The notes beneath the pieces are model-generated. The model had not been told where the DNA came from. It saw only the letters and a list, made by a program, of their open reading frames with translations, and searched no databases. Shown here one piece after another: positions 1 through 10,203 of a stretch of 64,000 nucleotides of DNA. The translations under genes were made by a program, and so were the position numbers. The stretch's first letter is position 1, and every line of letters begins with the position of its first letter. The DNA is taken from NCBI GenBank assembly GCA_964515475.1, contig CAZEVD010000001.1, forward strand, positions 90,636 to 154,635, given 5' to 3'. This DNA is from an uncultured Eubacteriales bacterium (GTDB lineage: Bacteria > Bacillota > Clostridia > TANB77 > UBA1234).

Positions 1-649
1 CATATTAAAAAAACATTTAGAAGATCAAGGAAACACTGTGACTGTTGATAAAAAAACAATAGGTGAAGAATATAATCCTAATAATTATAATTTTGTTTAT
101 ATTGGAGCCGGAACAGAAAGAAACTTAGACAGAGTTTTAAACGATTTATTAGAGCACAAAGATGAATTTAGAAAATATATTGATGATAAAAAATACATTC
201 TTGCTACAGGAAATTCGTTTGAAATGTTTGGAAAGAAAATAGAAGATACAGAAGCTTTAAATATTTTTGATTTTGAAGTTAAAAGAGATAAAGACAGAAG
301 TACTTCGGATGTGATTTATGAAAGTGAATATTTGAAAAATGATGTAGTTGGTTTTGTAAATAAAAGTACAAAAATTTATCACAATATGAATCCGTTTTTT
401 AAGGTTAAATTTGGATTAGGTGAAAATGAAAAGAAAGATTATGAAGGGGTAAAATATAAGAATTTTTATGGTACTCATATTTCAGGTCCAATACTTGCAC
501 GTAATCCAGAACTTCTACAAAATCTAGTAATAGGTTTGTGTAAGGACTTGAGTAGGGATTTTAAACCTAAAAAAATAGAATATGAGAATGAGCAAAAAGG
601 CTATGAATTGGTATTGGAAGAGCTTACCAAAAGAGCTGAAAGCAAGTAA
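1..649 (+). CDS. Class-I glutamine amidotransferase-like protein (GatD/CobQ-like), 5' end truncated by the window edge; the reading frame is open back to position 2
   Basis: Resembles S. aureus GatD by eye (GTHISGPIL versus GTYLHGPIL; FGKK segment). No Cys is visible at the expected nucleophile position in the part present in the window. The start at 38 is a GTG within an open frame. Confidence 0.45.
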   Translation, partial: ILKKHLEDQGNTVTVDKKTIGEEYNPNNYNFVYIGAGTERNLDRVLNDLLEHKDEFRKYIDDKKYILATGNSFEMFGKKIEDTEALNIFDFEVKRDKDRSTSDVIYESEYLKNDVVGFVNKSTKIYHNMNPFFKVKFGLGENEKKDYEGVKYKNFYGTHISGPILARNPELLQNLVIGLCKDLSRDFKPKKIEYENEQKGYELVLEELTKRAESK

Positions 650-713
650 ATTTTTATTGAAAAATATAGTTAATATGTTAAAATGATTTTGAAATCTAAA
701 AAGGAGGTTTTTA

Positions 714-1256
714 ATGATGGAATTAAAAGGTTCAAAAACAGAAAAAAATTTAATGGAAGCATTTGCTGGTGAGTCACAAGCAAGAAATAAATATACTTAT
801 TTTGCAAGCAAAGCTAAAAAAGAAGGATATGAGCAAATTGCTGCTATATTCCAAGAAACAGCTGATAATGAAAAAGAGCATGCAAAAATGTGGTTTAAAT
901 TATTACATGGAGGAGAAGTTCCAACAACAGCTGAAAACTTATTAGCTGCTGCAGAAGGAGAAAACTTCGAATGGACAGACATGTATGATAGAATGGCTAA
1001 AGAAGCTAAAGAAGAAGGATTCGATCATATCGCATTCTTATTCTCAGAAGTTGCTAAAATTGAAAAAGAACATGAAGAAAGATACAGAAAATTATTAGGC
1101 AACGTAGAAGGTGGATTAGTATTTAGCAAAGATGGAGAAAAAATCTGGAAATGTAGAAATTGCGGACATATCGTTATTGGTAAAGAAGCTCCAGGTATGT
1201 GCCCAGTATGTGCACACCCACAAGCATACTTTGAAATCAAAGCTGAAAATTATTAA
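714..1256 (+). CDS. rbr: Rubrerythrin: diiron ferritin-like domain with a C-terminal rubredoxin-like CxxC...CxxC
   Basis: The [13 protein letters not shown] and E..H diiron motifs are present. The C-terminus reads CRNCGH...CPVCAHP. RBS AAAGGAGG at 702-709. A terminator hairpin follows. Confidence 0.9.
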   Translation: MMELKGSKTEKNLMEAFAGESQARNKYTYFASKAKKEGYEQIAAIFQETADNEKEHAKMWFKLLHGGEVPTTAENLLAAAEGENFEWTDMYDRMAKEAKEEGFDHIAFLFSEVAKIEKEHEERYRKLLGNVEGGLVFSKDGEKIWKCRNCGHIVIGKEAPGMCPVCAHPQAYFEIKAENY

Positions 1257-1265
1257 TATAAAAAA

Positions 1266-1306
1266 GAAGAAGCGGAAGGAAAAACTCCTTCCGCTTTTTG
1301 TTGTTT
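1266..1306. terminator. Bidirectional Rho-independent terminator between rbr (+) and spoIIID (-)
   Basis: Perfect 10-bp stem AGCGGAAGGA/TCCTTCCGCT (1271-1280 and 1286-1295), flanked by an A-run and a T-run. Confidence 0.8.
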
Positions 1307-1337
1307 TATGAAATTGGATTTTGAGAGCACAGTTATA

Positions 1338-1595
1338 TTAGTGCTTTCTGTCTGCGTATTTCTTTCTGGTGGCTTCACCACCACGGATATGTCTTTCTGC
1401 TTTGTTTTGATCTAAGATTTTTTTGACATCTTTTGCCAACGTGAGATTGACGCTTTCAAGACGTTCGGTGATATCTTTATGTACGGTAGATTTGGATACA
1501 CCGAAAACAGAAGCTGCAGTACGCACGGTTGCGTTTGTCTCGATAATGTAGTTGGCGATGTTCTTTGCACGATCGTATATATAAAGGTCCTTCAC
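1338..1595 (-). CDS. spoIIID: Sporulation transcriptional regulator SpoIIID (85 aa, HTH)
   Basis: Close match to B. subtilis SpoIIID: GVSKSTVHKD.TERL...HIRGGEATRKKY. RBS AAGGAGG upstream on the minus strand. Confidence 0.8.
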   Translation of the reverse strand: MKDLYIYDRAKNIANYIIETNATVRTAASVFGVSKSTVHKDITERLESVNLTLAKDVKKILDQNKAERHIRGGEATRKKYADRKH

Positions 1596-2003
1596 GAAAA
1601 TTCCTCCTTAAAATACACTTTATAAATTGTATTCTAATATGTTGCGAGTTATTACATACGTTTTTTGTGCATAGCACCAAATAAGCAAGGATGTATTTAA
1701 GCGTTAGGTTGTGATATCCGCTCCCTTCAAAAATTATTTTATGAGTTGTGTGTTTACAAAATATGTCAAAGGGTAAATAGAGTATTTACTTGACTTGATT
1801 CTAACATCTTTTTATATAGTGTGCAACTTAAATTATTTGATAAAAGTTGACACGTTTTTTTATAAATATAAGTAGGAAATACGATTGTTTTATGATAAAA
1901 TAGCAAAGAAGTATTCTTGCCTTGAAAATAGCATAATGAATAGGTTTACAGAGAAATGATATAGGTAAGAATAATTAACTGATTATGTAAAACGAGGAGC
2001 GTT

Positions 2004-2480
2004 ATGTTTGGAATTTTAATATTTTTGTTTTTAATATTTTCTATTTATTTTTATATGGTGTATTTAAAAGAGTATGTTGAAGTAACGAGAGTGTATAAAA
2101 CTTTGAGAAAATTATTAGAATCTCGTGATTTACTCATCTTAAAAATATTGCCAGATATGAAAAATAAAAAAATATCACAAAAAATTTTAAATTTAATAAA
2201 TGAGAGAAGAATAAAAAGTAAGATTTCATATGATGATGGAATTAATGCGGATGTTACGTTGAATTTAGAATTAAAGAACTTATATGATGAGATAAATAAA
2301 ATGAAAAAGAACGAAATACAAGATGAGATTTTTAAACATATAGTTCTTATGGAAAAACAATTAAAAGTAACTAGAAAGAGATATTCAGAAGCGGTTACTA
2401 AATATAATTTAGGATTAACGGTGCATCCTAAAGTTCTTATAAAAATAATGCATATGAGACCTTTAGAGTTGTATAAGTAA
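2004..2480 (+). CDS. LemA family membrane protein
   Basis: N-terminal transmembrane helix. LemA-like RKRYSEAVTKYN segment. Confidence 0.55.
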   Translation: MFGILIFLFLIFSIYFYMVYLKEYVEVTRVYKTLRKLLESRDLLILKILPDMKNKKISQKILNLINERRIKSKISYDDGINADVTLNLELKNLYDEINKMKKNEIQDEIFKHIVLMEKQLKVTRKRYSEAVTKYNLGLTVHPKVLIKIMHMRPLELYK

Positions 2481-2492
2481 GAGGTGAATTAA

Positions 2493-3500
2493 ATGGGTGA
2501 AGATGAAGAGAGAATAATTTGTCCTGGACTTGGTACTATGGATGTTGATATAGAAACAAGTTTGAGACCAAAAAATATTACAGATTATGTTGGACAAGAA
2601 AAAGTAAAAGAAAATTTAAAAGTGTTTATCGAAGCTGCTAAAAAGAGAGAGGAACCTTTAGACCATACTTTGTTGTACGGTCCTCCGGGGCTTGGAAAGA
2701 CAACACTTGCAAATATTATTGCAAATGAAATGAATACAAATATTAGAATTACATCGGGACCTGCTATTGAAAAGCCTGGTGATTTGGCTGCGTTATTAAC
2801 TAACCTTTCACCAAACGATGTTTTGTTTATTGATGAAATTCACAGATTAAATAAAAGTGTTGAAGAAATATTATATCCAGCGATGGAAGATTTTGCGCTA
2901 GATATAATCATTGGTAAAGGACCTAGCGCAAGATCTATAAGACTTGATTTACCTAAGTTTACTTTGGTTGGAGCTACAACTAAAGCTGGTAATATTGCAT
3001 CACCGCTTCGTGATAGATTTGGAATTATAAATAGACTTGAACTTTATGATAATGATCAATTAAAGAGCATTGTAAAGCGTTCAGCTGCTATTTTAAAAAT
3101 CGATATTACAGAAAAAGGTGCGGCGGAAATTGCGTCTCGTTCAAGGGGTACACCAAGAATTGCAAATAGACTTTTAAAGAGAGTTAGAGATTATGCTGAA
3201 GTTGTTGCTGATGGAACAATTACAGATGAGATTGCGGACAAGGCTTTAAAATGTTTAGATATAGATGGGCTAGGTTTGGATAATACAGATATAAAAATGT
3301 TAGATGCAATTATTAATAAATTTGCTGGTGGTCCAGTTGGTGTAGAAACATTAGCTGCAACAATTGGTGAAGATGCAAATACTATCGAAGATGTTTACGA
3401 ACCATATTTAATGCAAATAGGTTTTGTAAATAGAACGCCTCGTGGTAGAACAGCAACTAAAGCTGCATATGAACATTTAGGAATAGAGTTTGAAAGTTAG
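2493..3500 (+). CDS. ruvB: Holliday junction branch migration ATPase RuvB
   Basis: Walker [12 protein letters not shown], Walker [11 protein letters not shown] and a winged-helix C-terminus. No ruvA lies upstream. Confidence 0.95.
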   Translation: MGEDEERIICPGLGTMDVDIETSLRPKNITDYVGQEKVKENLKVFIEAAKKREEPLDHTLLYGPPGLGKTTLANIIANEMNTNIRITSGPAIEKPGDLAALLTNLSPNDVLFIDEIHRLNKSVEEILYPAMEDFALDIIIGKGPSARSIRLDLPKFTLVGATTKAGNIASPLRDRFGIINRLELYDNDQLKSIVKRSAAILKIDITEKGAAEIASRSRGTPRIANRLLKRVRDYAEVVADGTITDEIADKALKCLDIDGLGLDNTDIKMLDAIINKFAGGPVGVETLAATIGEDANTIEDVYEPYLMQIGFVNRTPRGRTATKAAYEHLGIEFES

Positions 3501-3511
3501 GATGTGAAAAG

Positions 3512-4084
3512 ATGAAGGTTTTATTACATACGTGTTGTGCACCGTGTTCAACATACGTAATAGATAAATTAAGAAAAGATGGATATGAAGACATTACATC
3601 GTATTGGTACAATATAAATATTCATCCTTACGAAGAATACAGAGCAAGACTTAATGCATTAATTACATATACTGAAATGGTTAATGTGCCATTAATAATT
3701 GAAGATGATTATGGTGTAAGAGAATTTACCAAAAGTGTTATTAATGATATTGATGGTCGTTGCAGATTTTGTTATGTATCAAGACTTGCCAAGACGGTTA
3801 AGTATGCAAAAGAAAAAGGGTATGATGCATTTACAACTACTCTTTTAGTAAGTCCATATCAAAACCATGAAATGATAATTGAAATTGCAGAAGAACTTGC
3901 AAAACAATATGATATTAAATTTATTTATCAAGATTTTAGAGAAGGCTATAGAATAGGACAACAAATGGCAAGAGATGCAGGAATATATATGCAAAAATAT
4001 TGTGGCTGCGTTTATTCTGAAGAAGAATCTGCAAGGTTTCGTGAAGAACGCGCGAAGAAAAAAGCAGAAAGAAAAAATCAATAA
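3512..4084 (+). CDS. queH: Epoxyqueuosine reductase QueH (DUF208)
   Basis: N-terminal LLHTCCAPCS motif and conserved Cys pairs. Confidence 0.8.
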   Translation: MKVLLHTCCAPCSTYVIDKLRKDGYEDITSYWYNINIHPYEEYRARLNALITYTEMVNVPLIIEDDYGVREFTKSVINDIDGRCRFCYVSRLAKTVKYAKEKGYDAFTTTLLVSPYQNHEMIIEIAEELAKQYDIKFIYQDFREGYRIGQQMARDAGIYMQKYCGCVYSEEESARFREERAKKKAERKNQ

Positions 4085-4102
4085 CTTTGAGGAGGAGTTA
4101 AA

Positions 4103-5065
4103 ATGAAAAAAGTTTTGTCTGTTGTAATAGCGATAGTTTGTATTATAGCAATTGTTGGTGGCTGTATTTGGTGGTATGAAACAGCAACAATGCCTCAAGG
4201 TGGTGTGCATGATAATATAAGTGGGGATGCTGATACTAATAGCGGTGAAGAAGTTATTGAAACTGAACCAATATTTACTTTAGAAAATTATCCAAAAGTA
4301 GATGCTTCTTTAGCGATACATCCGTTAGTAGATAGTATAGCATCTAATTTTCTTGGAATTGAAAAAGAAAATTTAGGGTTTGAATATACAAAAACTCGTA
4401 CAAGTGATGTGTATAAGAATTTGATTGATGGAAATGTAGATGTAATATTTGCAGCAGAACCATCTGAAGATGATTTAGCTTATGCTAAATCAAAAGGTAT
4501 TGAGTTAGAAGTTATTCCTACAACAAGTAGTGCGTTTGTATTTATAGTTAATTCAGAAAATCCTGTTGAAAATTTATCTTTAGAGGAAGTTGTAAAAATA
4601 TATAAAGGAGATATAACTAACTGGAAAGAAGTTGGAGGAGAAGATATTGAAATAGTACCTTATCAAAGACCAAATGGTTCAGGAAGTCAAACAGCAATGA
4701 TTTCGCTTGTTATGAAAAATCAAGATTTAATGACTGCTCCTAAAATGCAAGTTGAAATGGAAATGGGAGGATTAATTGACGCGGTTGCAGAGTATGACAA
4801 TTCAAAAGCTGCTATTGGATATTCATATTTTTACTATGTAAATACTATGTATAAAAGAGATACAATAAAAATGATTGGAATAGATGGTGTAAAACCAAGT
4901 CTTGAAACAATAAAAAATGGGACATATCCAATTTATACAAATGGATATGTTGTAATTAGAAAAAATGAGACTGAAGATAGCAGTGCGAGAAAATGGGTTA
5001 GTGAAGTTTTAGGTGATAGAGGAAGTAAAATAATTGAAGATGCAGGATATGTACCTATACACTAA
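4103..5065 (+). CDS. PstS-like periplasmic-binding-protein-fold protein, N-terminally membrane-anchored; no ABC transporter partners adjacent
   Basis: PBP-like motifs VKIYKGDITNWKEVGG and NGSGSQTAM. Signal-anchor helix. Confidence 0.5.
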   Translation: MKKVLSVVIAIVCIIAIVGGCIWWYETATMPQGGVHDNISGDADTNSGEEVIETEPIFTLENYPKVDASLAIHPLVDSIASNFLGIEKENLGFEYTKTRTSDVYKNLIDGNVDVIFAAEPSEDDLAYAKSKGIELEVIPTTSSAFVFIVNSENPVENLSLEEVVKIYKGDITNWKEVGGEDIEIVPYQRPNGSGSQTAMISLVMKNQDLMTAPKMQVEMEMGGLIDAVAEYDNSKAAIGYSYFYYVNTMYKRDTIKMIGIDGVKPSLETIKNGTYPIYTNGYVVIRKNETEDSSARKWVSEVLGDRGSKIIEDAGYVPIH

Positions 5066-5077
5066 GGAGGTTTTTTT

Positions 5078-7075
5078 ATGAAAAAACTATTTGTAGGAAT
5101 TTTGATATTTGCAATACTTTCAATTGGTGTTACAGGGGTTTTAATTAAGGTTGAAAATGATAAAATTGATACAGAAAAAAACGAAATATCGAATGTTTTA
5201 TTTGGAGAAGAAAATAAAGAACAAAATGAAAAAGATGAAACTTCAAAAGTAATAGAAGAAAAAACTTTAGATTTATATGGTGTATATGATGAGAATGATC
5301 TTTTAGTGGAAGAGATTGAAGAACAAATTACGTTGTCTAATTATACAGTGACAATTGATATTCCTGTTATTAAAGGTTTAAAAGATAAAAGTATAGAAGA
5401 AAAAATAAATAATGATATAAAAAAACAACTTATTGAAAAGGTAAAAGAAATATCACAAAAAGATAATATTAATATATCAGACATAAATGTAACCACTTAT
5501 GTTTCTAGTAACTTTTCAAATGTAATTTCGTATCAATTACATATTGGTTATAAGAATATAGGTGCTGAGTTTCGTGATTATGAGTATTTTTTTCTAAATT
5601 ATGAGTTGATAAATGGGGAAAAATTGAAGTTTGAAGATTTATTTGTAAAAAATACTGATTTATACAGTATAGTAAGAAGAATGTTTTATAGGCAAGCATC
5701 AAAAGAATCGTTAGGCGGCGAAATTGACGGTTCTGTGTATTATGATGAAGAATCTGGGAAATGGCTTAGAGATACGTGGGATCCTTATACTGGTGAAGAA
5801 ATAAAAATAGAATATATTCCTAATTTAGATGAATATGAAATATCGAAGAAAATTGAAACGTTTATGCAAGATGATGAAAAAGAATTTCATTTTTCTCCAA
5901 CTAGAATATATATTGTAGATGGTGAAAGATATTATTCGTATTTTTTATATATTAAAGATATAGCTGATAAAGTAGTTATATACGATAAATATTTAACTAA
6001 AGAAAGTATATATGAAAACTCTGATATAGGATTAAAAAATTTATGGACATGTTCTGAACCGGCAAATTGGTTGAATCATCATCTAGAATATGGCTTTGCG
6101 GAAGATAATTTATATTATGAAATAAGCATGAGTAGCTATTCAAATAGTGAAGAGGCTGGGTATCCATTTTTAAATTCTTTAAATAAAATAAAAAAACAAT
6201 TAGTAGAATCTGCAAATGAGAAGGTTGAAGAATATAGGCAGATGGCAAAAGAAAAACCAAATGAATTTTTTGTTGTCAGTATAAATCCATATTATGTTAT
6301 AGATGCTGGAGATATTGATAATCAAATTTTTGTAAGAACAGAAGAGTATGTTACATCAGCAGATATAAAATATAAAAAAGATATGATTGATGAATTGTTA
6401 GCAAGTTATAGATATTATAATCTTGGGTTTTATAGAAGTGCATTAGAGCATGCAGGTTATATGTATGATCGTATTTCGAATGAATATTATTATGGAAATG
6501 TTGTATTTAACAATTTTGAAAGTAAATCAGAAGAAAAAGTATATGATGCTAGAAGTTTAATAGAAGTAACATCTTTAGACGAAGTTTTTAAAGATGGAGT
6601 CGATTATATGAATTTAATTCAATCAAAATTAAAAAACAAAATAACAAGATATTCGTATGTTGGTGAAGAAGAAATAAATAATCTTTTAAACGGAGCTAAG
6701 TATACACTTTATTTTGGCGGAATTAAAGCACAGTTATCAGACAATAGAGAATATACAATATATTATAGTGAATTTGATAAATCAATTTTAAATGTGTACG
6801 ATTTTGAAATGTATATAATTCAAGATAGCGATGTGACAAAAATTGAAAAGGCAGAAATAGAGCAGTTAAGTTTAGAAGAATTAAATCGTGCCTATAATGA
6901 AATTTTCGCAAGACATGGTCATGACTTTAAAAATAAAGAACTAAAGGAGTATTTTGAATTGTGCTCTTGGTATACACCTATAGCTAATAAATCTGTGACA
7001 CTTGAAGAATTAAATGAAATAGAAAAATATAACTTAGATATTATAAAGAGCGTAATCTCGGATAAGAAACGATAA
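5078..7075 (+). CDS. Membrane-anchored protein with RsiV-like DUF4163/DUF3298 region and a C-terminal YARHG domain
   Basis: C-terminal motif AYNEIFARHGHDF...ELNEIE, which is the YARHG signature. N-terminal TM helix. PVIKGL...IEEKINNDIKK resembles DUF4163. Confidence 0.55.
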   Translation: MKKLFVGILIFAILSIGVTGVLIKVENDKIDTEKNEISNVLFGEENKEQNEKDETSKVIEEKTLDLYGVYDENDLLVEEIEEQITLSNYTVTIDIPVIKGLKDKSIEEKINNDIKKQLIEKVKEISQKDNINISDINVTTYVSSNFSNVISYQLHIGYKNIGAEFRDYEYFFLNYELINGEKLKFEDLFVKNTDLYSIVRRMFYRQASKESLGGEIDGSVYYDEESGKWLRDTWDPYTGEEIKIEYIPNLDEYEISKKIETFMQDDEKEFHFSPTRIYIVDGERYYSYFLYIKDIADKVVIYDKYLTKESIYENSDIGLKNLWTCSEPANWLNHHLEYGFAEDNLYYEISMSSYSNSEEAGYPFLNSLNKIKKQLVESANEKVEEYRQMAKEKPNEFFVVSINPYYVIDAGDIDNQIFVRTEEYVTSADIKYKKDMIDELLASYRYYNLGFYRSALEHAGYMYDRISNEYYYGNVVFNNFESKSEEKVYDARSLIEVTSLDEVFKDGVDYMNLIQSKLKNKITRYSYVGEEEINNLLNGAKYTLYFGGIKAQLSDNREYTIYYSEFDKSILNVYDFEMYIIQDSDVTKIEKAEIEQLSLEELNRAYNEIFARHGHDFKNKELKEYFELCSWYTPIANKSVTLEELNEIEKYNLDIIKSVISDKKR

Positions 7076-7098
7076 AATTTGATGTGGGGTGAAATGTT

Positions 7099-7704
7099 AT
7101 GAAAAATATAAAGCTATTAGATAAAATTTCTCAAGGTATGTATGTCTTAACAACAGAAAACGGAGGCTGTTTAGTTGATGCAGTTTCACAAATAAGTTTT
7201 GGAGATAATCCTCTTATTACAGTTTCTGTAATGAAAAAGAATAATACAAATGAGTTGTTAAAACAAAATTCAAAATTTGCAATATCAATTTTGGGAAAAG
7301 ATGCTGATCCTGAAATTATAAAAACATTTGGATTTAATTCGATGAGAGATATTAATAAATTTGAAAAAGTTGATACTACAGATGTTGATGGTGTGAAAGT
7401 TATTGATAGCTCTTTAGGATATATGCTTTGTGAAAAAGTTGATTCAATAGACAATGATACACACACTCTTTTTATCGGAAAAATTATAGAAGCAGATTTG
7501 TTTAAAGATGAAGAAGCGATGACTTATGCTTATTATCAAGAACACAAAGAAGATTTATTGAAAGTCAAAACTGAAAATGGTGAAACAGCTTGGATTTGTA
7601 CAGTTTGTGGATATATTTATTATGGTGAAGAGGTTCCGGATGATTACAAATGTCCTATTTGTAAAGTTGGAAAAGAGTTGTTTAAAAAGCAAGAAGGAAA
7701 ATAA
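7099..7704 (+). CDS. Flavin reductase-like (FMN-binding split-barrel) domain fused to a C-terminal rubredoxin
   Basis: Flavin-reductase-like N-terminal ~150 aa. C-terminal [10 protein letters not shown]...KCPICKVGK rubredoxin motif. Confidence 0.7.
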   Translation: MKNIKLLDKISQGMYVLTTENGGCLVDAVSQISFGDNPLITVSVMKKNNTNELLKQNSKFAISILGKDADPEIIKTFGFNSMRDINKFEKVDTTDVDGVKVIDSSLGYMLCEKVDSIDNDTHTLFIGKIIEADLFKDEEAMTYAYYQEHKEDLLKVKTENGETAWICTVCGYIYYGEEVPDDYKCPICKVGKELFKKQEGK

Positions 7705-7731
7705 ATTGTTCAAAAGATAAGGTGAAGTGAA

Positions 7732-8742
7732 ATGAAAAGTTGGAAGATATTAGATGATATTCAAACAATGGAATATTCTAAATTAATTAAATGGATGTTT
7801 ATAGTTGTTGTCGTATTAGTAGCAATTACTTTTGGAATAGCGAATATCAATGGTACGATTGATGAAAGAGCTGTGAAACTTGGTTCAGAATCTGAAGCGA
7901 TAAAGGAAACGTTAGTGAACGCGACAATGTTGTGGTTTTTTTGTGTTAACTGGTTAATTATAAATAGACATTTTCAAAAATTATTTTCATTAATTAGTGG
8001 TACAATAACAAAATCATATAAAGATAGTGATGCATACATATATGAAAGAGAATTGCCTAAATATAATGCGGCAATAGCAGGAGCATTATTTGATTTGAAA
8101 TCTACTTTTGAAGAAGATTATATTGCAGGTGTAATGGATTTGATTGCTCGAGGATATCTTATCGAAGAACATGATGAAATAAAAATAAATGAAGAAAAAT
8201 CAAAAGAAGATTTATCTAATTGCGAAATTTTTATATTAAAAGTTATGCAATATAAATCGAATGATGGATATAAACTTTCTCATAAATATGTGAATTCTGA
8301 ATTTTATAAAGCGCTAAAAAAAGATTTGCGTAAGTTAGGTTTTTATAAAGAATATACGAAAAGTGATAAGCTGTTTGATTGGATTTCTTATGCTACTAAA
8401 TCTCCAATGATAAGTTTTTGGTTGCCAATGATAATTTTCTTAATATTAGGACTTATATTAGTGGTTTTTGAAGGATATACACTATTTGTGCTATGTGTAG
8501 CTTTTGCATTCTTTATGATTTGGATAAGAGAAAATCGATTAACTCAAAAAGGTGAAATTGAAAAAGAACGAATTTCAAAATTAAGAAATTTCTTGCAAAA
8601 CGAAACTAATTTAGATGAAAAAGAAAATAACGAAAAAGCTTTGTGGGATAGATATCCAGCATTTGCAGTTGCGCTTGATGTGAATAACAAAATGGCTGAT
8701 GATATAAAAGAAAAATTGAAAAATATTGCTATCATTGTGTAA
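7732..8742 (+). CDS. Membrane protein of unknown function, tandem paralog 1
   Basis: Shares with the next ORF ERELPKYNAAIAGALFDL...DLIARGYLIEE and a C-terminal EKENNEK.LWDRYPAFAVAL segment. Multiple TM helices. Confidence 0.4.
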   Translation: MKSWKILDDIQTMEYSKLIKWMFIVVVVLVAITFGIANINGTIDERAVKLGSESEAIKETLVNATMLWFFCVNWLIINRHFQKLFSLISGTITKSYKDSDAYIYERELPKYNAAIAGALFDLKSTFEEDYIAGVMDLIARGYLIEEHDEIKINEEKSKEDLSNCEIFILKVMQYKSNDGYKLSHKYVNSEFYKALKKDLRKLGFYKEYTKSDKLFDWISYATKSPMISFWLPMIIFLILGLILVVFEGYTLFVLCVAFAFFMIWIRENRLTQKGEIEKERISKLRNFLQNETNLDEKENNEKALWDRYPAFAVALDVNNKMADDIKEKLKNIAIIV

Positions 8743-8751
8743 GGAGGTTTT

Positions 8752-9723
8752 ATGAAATCATCTAGAATATTTAATATGATTGCTATATGTGTAACTATTT
8801 TATTTATATTTGCAGGTATAATGGATGTTTTTATTCCAACGATAAAACCCATAGGATATAGTTTCGAGTCCCAAATTAAAGAGTGGGCTCGTATGTGGGC
8901 AACTATGATTGTGATAGCGAATGCTTTATTTTTACCGGCATATGTTTATAATTTTATAACTTGGATTAATAGAAAAGTTAGTAAAAAATTTGAAGATAGT
9001 GAAACTTTTATATATACAAGAGATGTGCCAGAATATAATGCTGCAATTGCAGGAATGTTATATGACTTTAAAGCAGATTATGAACAAGAATTTATTGCGT
9101 GTGTACTAGATCTTATTGCAAAAGGATATATTGTTGAAAATGCAGAAGGGTTAAATTTAAATGTGAGCAAAGTGAATCAAGCATACTCAGAAAATAAATT
9201 TTTAAAAAGTGAATTATATGTATTGGATTTATGCTGGAAAAATGTTTCGAGACTAAAAGAAGGTGTAATGGTTGATTTTGAAGAAGTTTTAAAAGAAGAT
9301 TTGAATCAATTTAATTTCTTTAAAAAAGAAAATATAATGGATAAAATAAAAAAATATTTTCTAACAAAATATAATCAAAACACAAAGAAATTTTTGACTT
9401 TTGTTGATTTTGTTGGAATTTTAATATCACTTATAGTAGTGATTGGAATAATGAAATGTTTTGAAGTTACTATTTTTTTGTTGGTGCTTTTGTGTGCGAT
9501 ATTTATGATTTTCTTAAGAAAAACAAGACTTACTAAAATTGGTGAAGCTGAAAAAGAAAAAATAACAAAATTAAAACATTTTTTAGAGAAAGAAACATCT
9601 TTTGATGAGAAAGAAAATAATGAGAAAAAAATATGGGATAGGTATCCGGCATTTGCGGTTGCTTTAAATGTAAATAAACAAATATCAAAAGATATAATGA
9701 AAAAAATAAATATAAAAGACTAA
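8752..9723 (+). CDS. Membrane protein of unknown function, tandem paralog 2
   Basis: Paralog of 7732-8742: TRDVPEYNAAIAGMLYDF...DLIAKGYIVEN and EKENNEKKIWDRYPAFAVAL. Confidence 0.4.
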   Translation: MKSSRIFNMIAICVTILFIFAGIMDVFIPTIKPIGYSFESQIKEWARMWATMIVIANALFLPAYVYNFITWINRKVSKKFEDSETFIYTRDVPEYNAAIAGMLYDFKADYEQEFIACVLDLIAKGYIVENAEGLNLNVSKVNQAYSENKFLKSELYVLDLCWKNVSRLKEGVMVDFEEVLKEDLNQFNFFKKENIMDKIKKYFLTKYNQNTKKFLTFVDFVGILISLIVVIGIMKCFEVTIFLLVLLCAIFMIFLRKTRLTKIGEAEKEKITKLKHFLEKETSFDEKENNEKKIWDRYPAFAVALNVNKQISKDIMKKINIKD

Positions 9724-9742
9724 GGAAGAGGTTATAAATAAT

Positions 9743-10153
9743 ATGAAAGTGTATATGTCAGGATCAATATACGGCGGAAGAGAAAAGTTAGAAACATATA
9801 AACAAATAATAAAAGAGTTAGAAAGATATGCGGAAGTAATAAATAAAAATATAGCAGATGATGAAGTGCTTGAAAAAGAAGCGATGCAAAAAGATGAAGA
9901 TATTTTTACAGATTTAGAAGTTAAATTAAAATCAGCAGATTTAATATTTGCAGAAGTCACTATTCCTTCGTTAGGAGCTGGATATGAACTTGGTTTTGCT
10001 GATGCTATAGGAAAGAATGTAATTGGAATTTATGATAAAACAATTACTCCAAAAGTTAGTACAATGATAAGAGGTAACAAAAGAATTACTTTGATACCTT
10101 ATGAAAATATAAATGAAATATTAGATAATTTAAAAGAAATTTTGAAAATATAA
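9743..10153 (+). CDS. Nucleoside 2-deoxyribosyltransferase-like protein (DNPH1/Rcl-like N-hydrolase family)
   Basis: MKVYMSGSIYGGRE...VTIPSLGAGYELG matches the DNPH1 signature (S.YFCGSIRGGRE...VTQPSLGVGYELG). Confidence 0.6.
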   Translation: MKVYMSGSIYGGREKLETYKQIIKELERYAEVINKNIADDEVLEKEAMQKDEDIFTDLEVKLKSADLIFAEVTIPSLGAGYELGFADAIGKNVIGIYDKTITPKVSTMIRGNKRITLIPYENINEILDNLKEILKI

Positions 10154-10203
10154 AATGGTAGTAAAAACTAATTTTATATTAGTTTAAAGGAATGATTAGA
10201 TAT

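Noticed and set aside
763-1240. Small ORFs 763-945 (+), 797-982 (-) and 1025-1240 (-) inside rbr
   Set aside because: They are alternative-frame or antisense ORFs within a well-supported gene.
1596-2003. Sigma-E-type promoter for spoIIID
   Set aside because: CATATT and ATACAAT elements are present on the minus strand, but the spacing does not fit the sigma-E consensus well.
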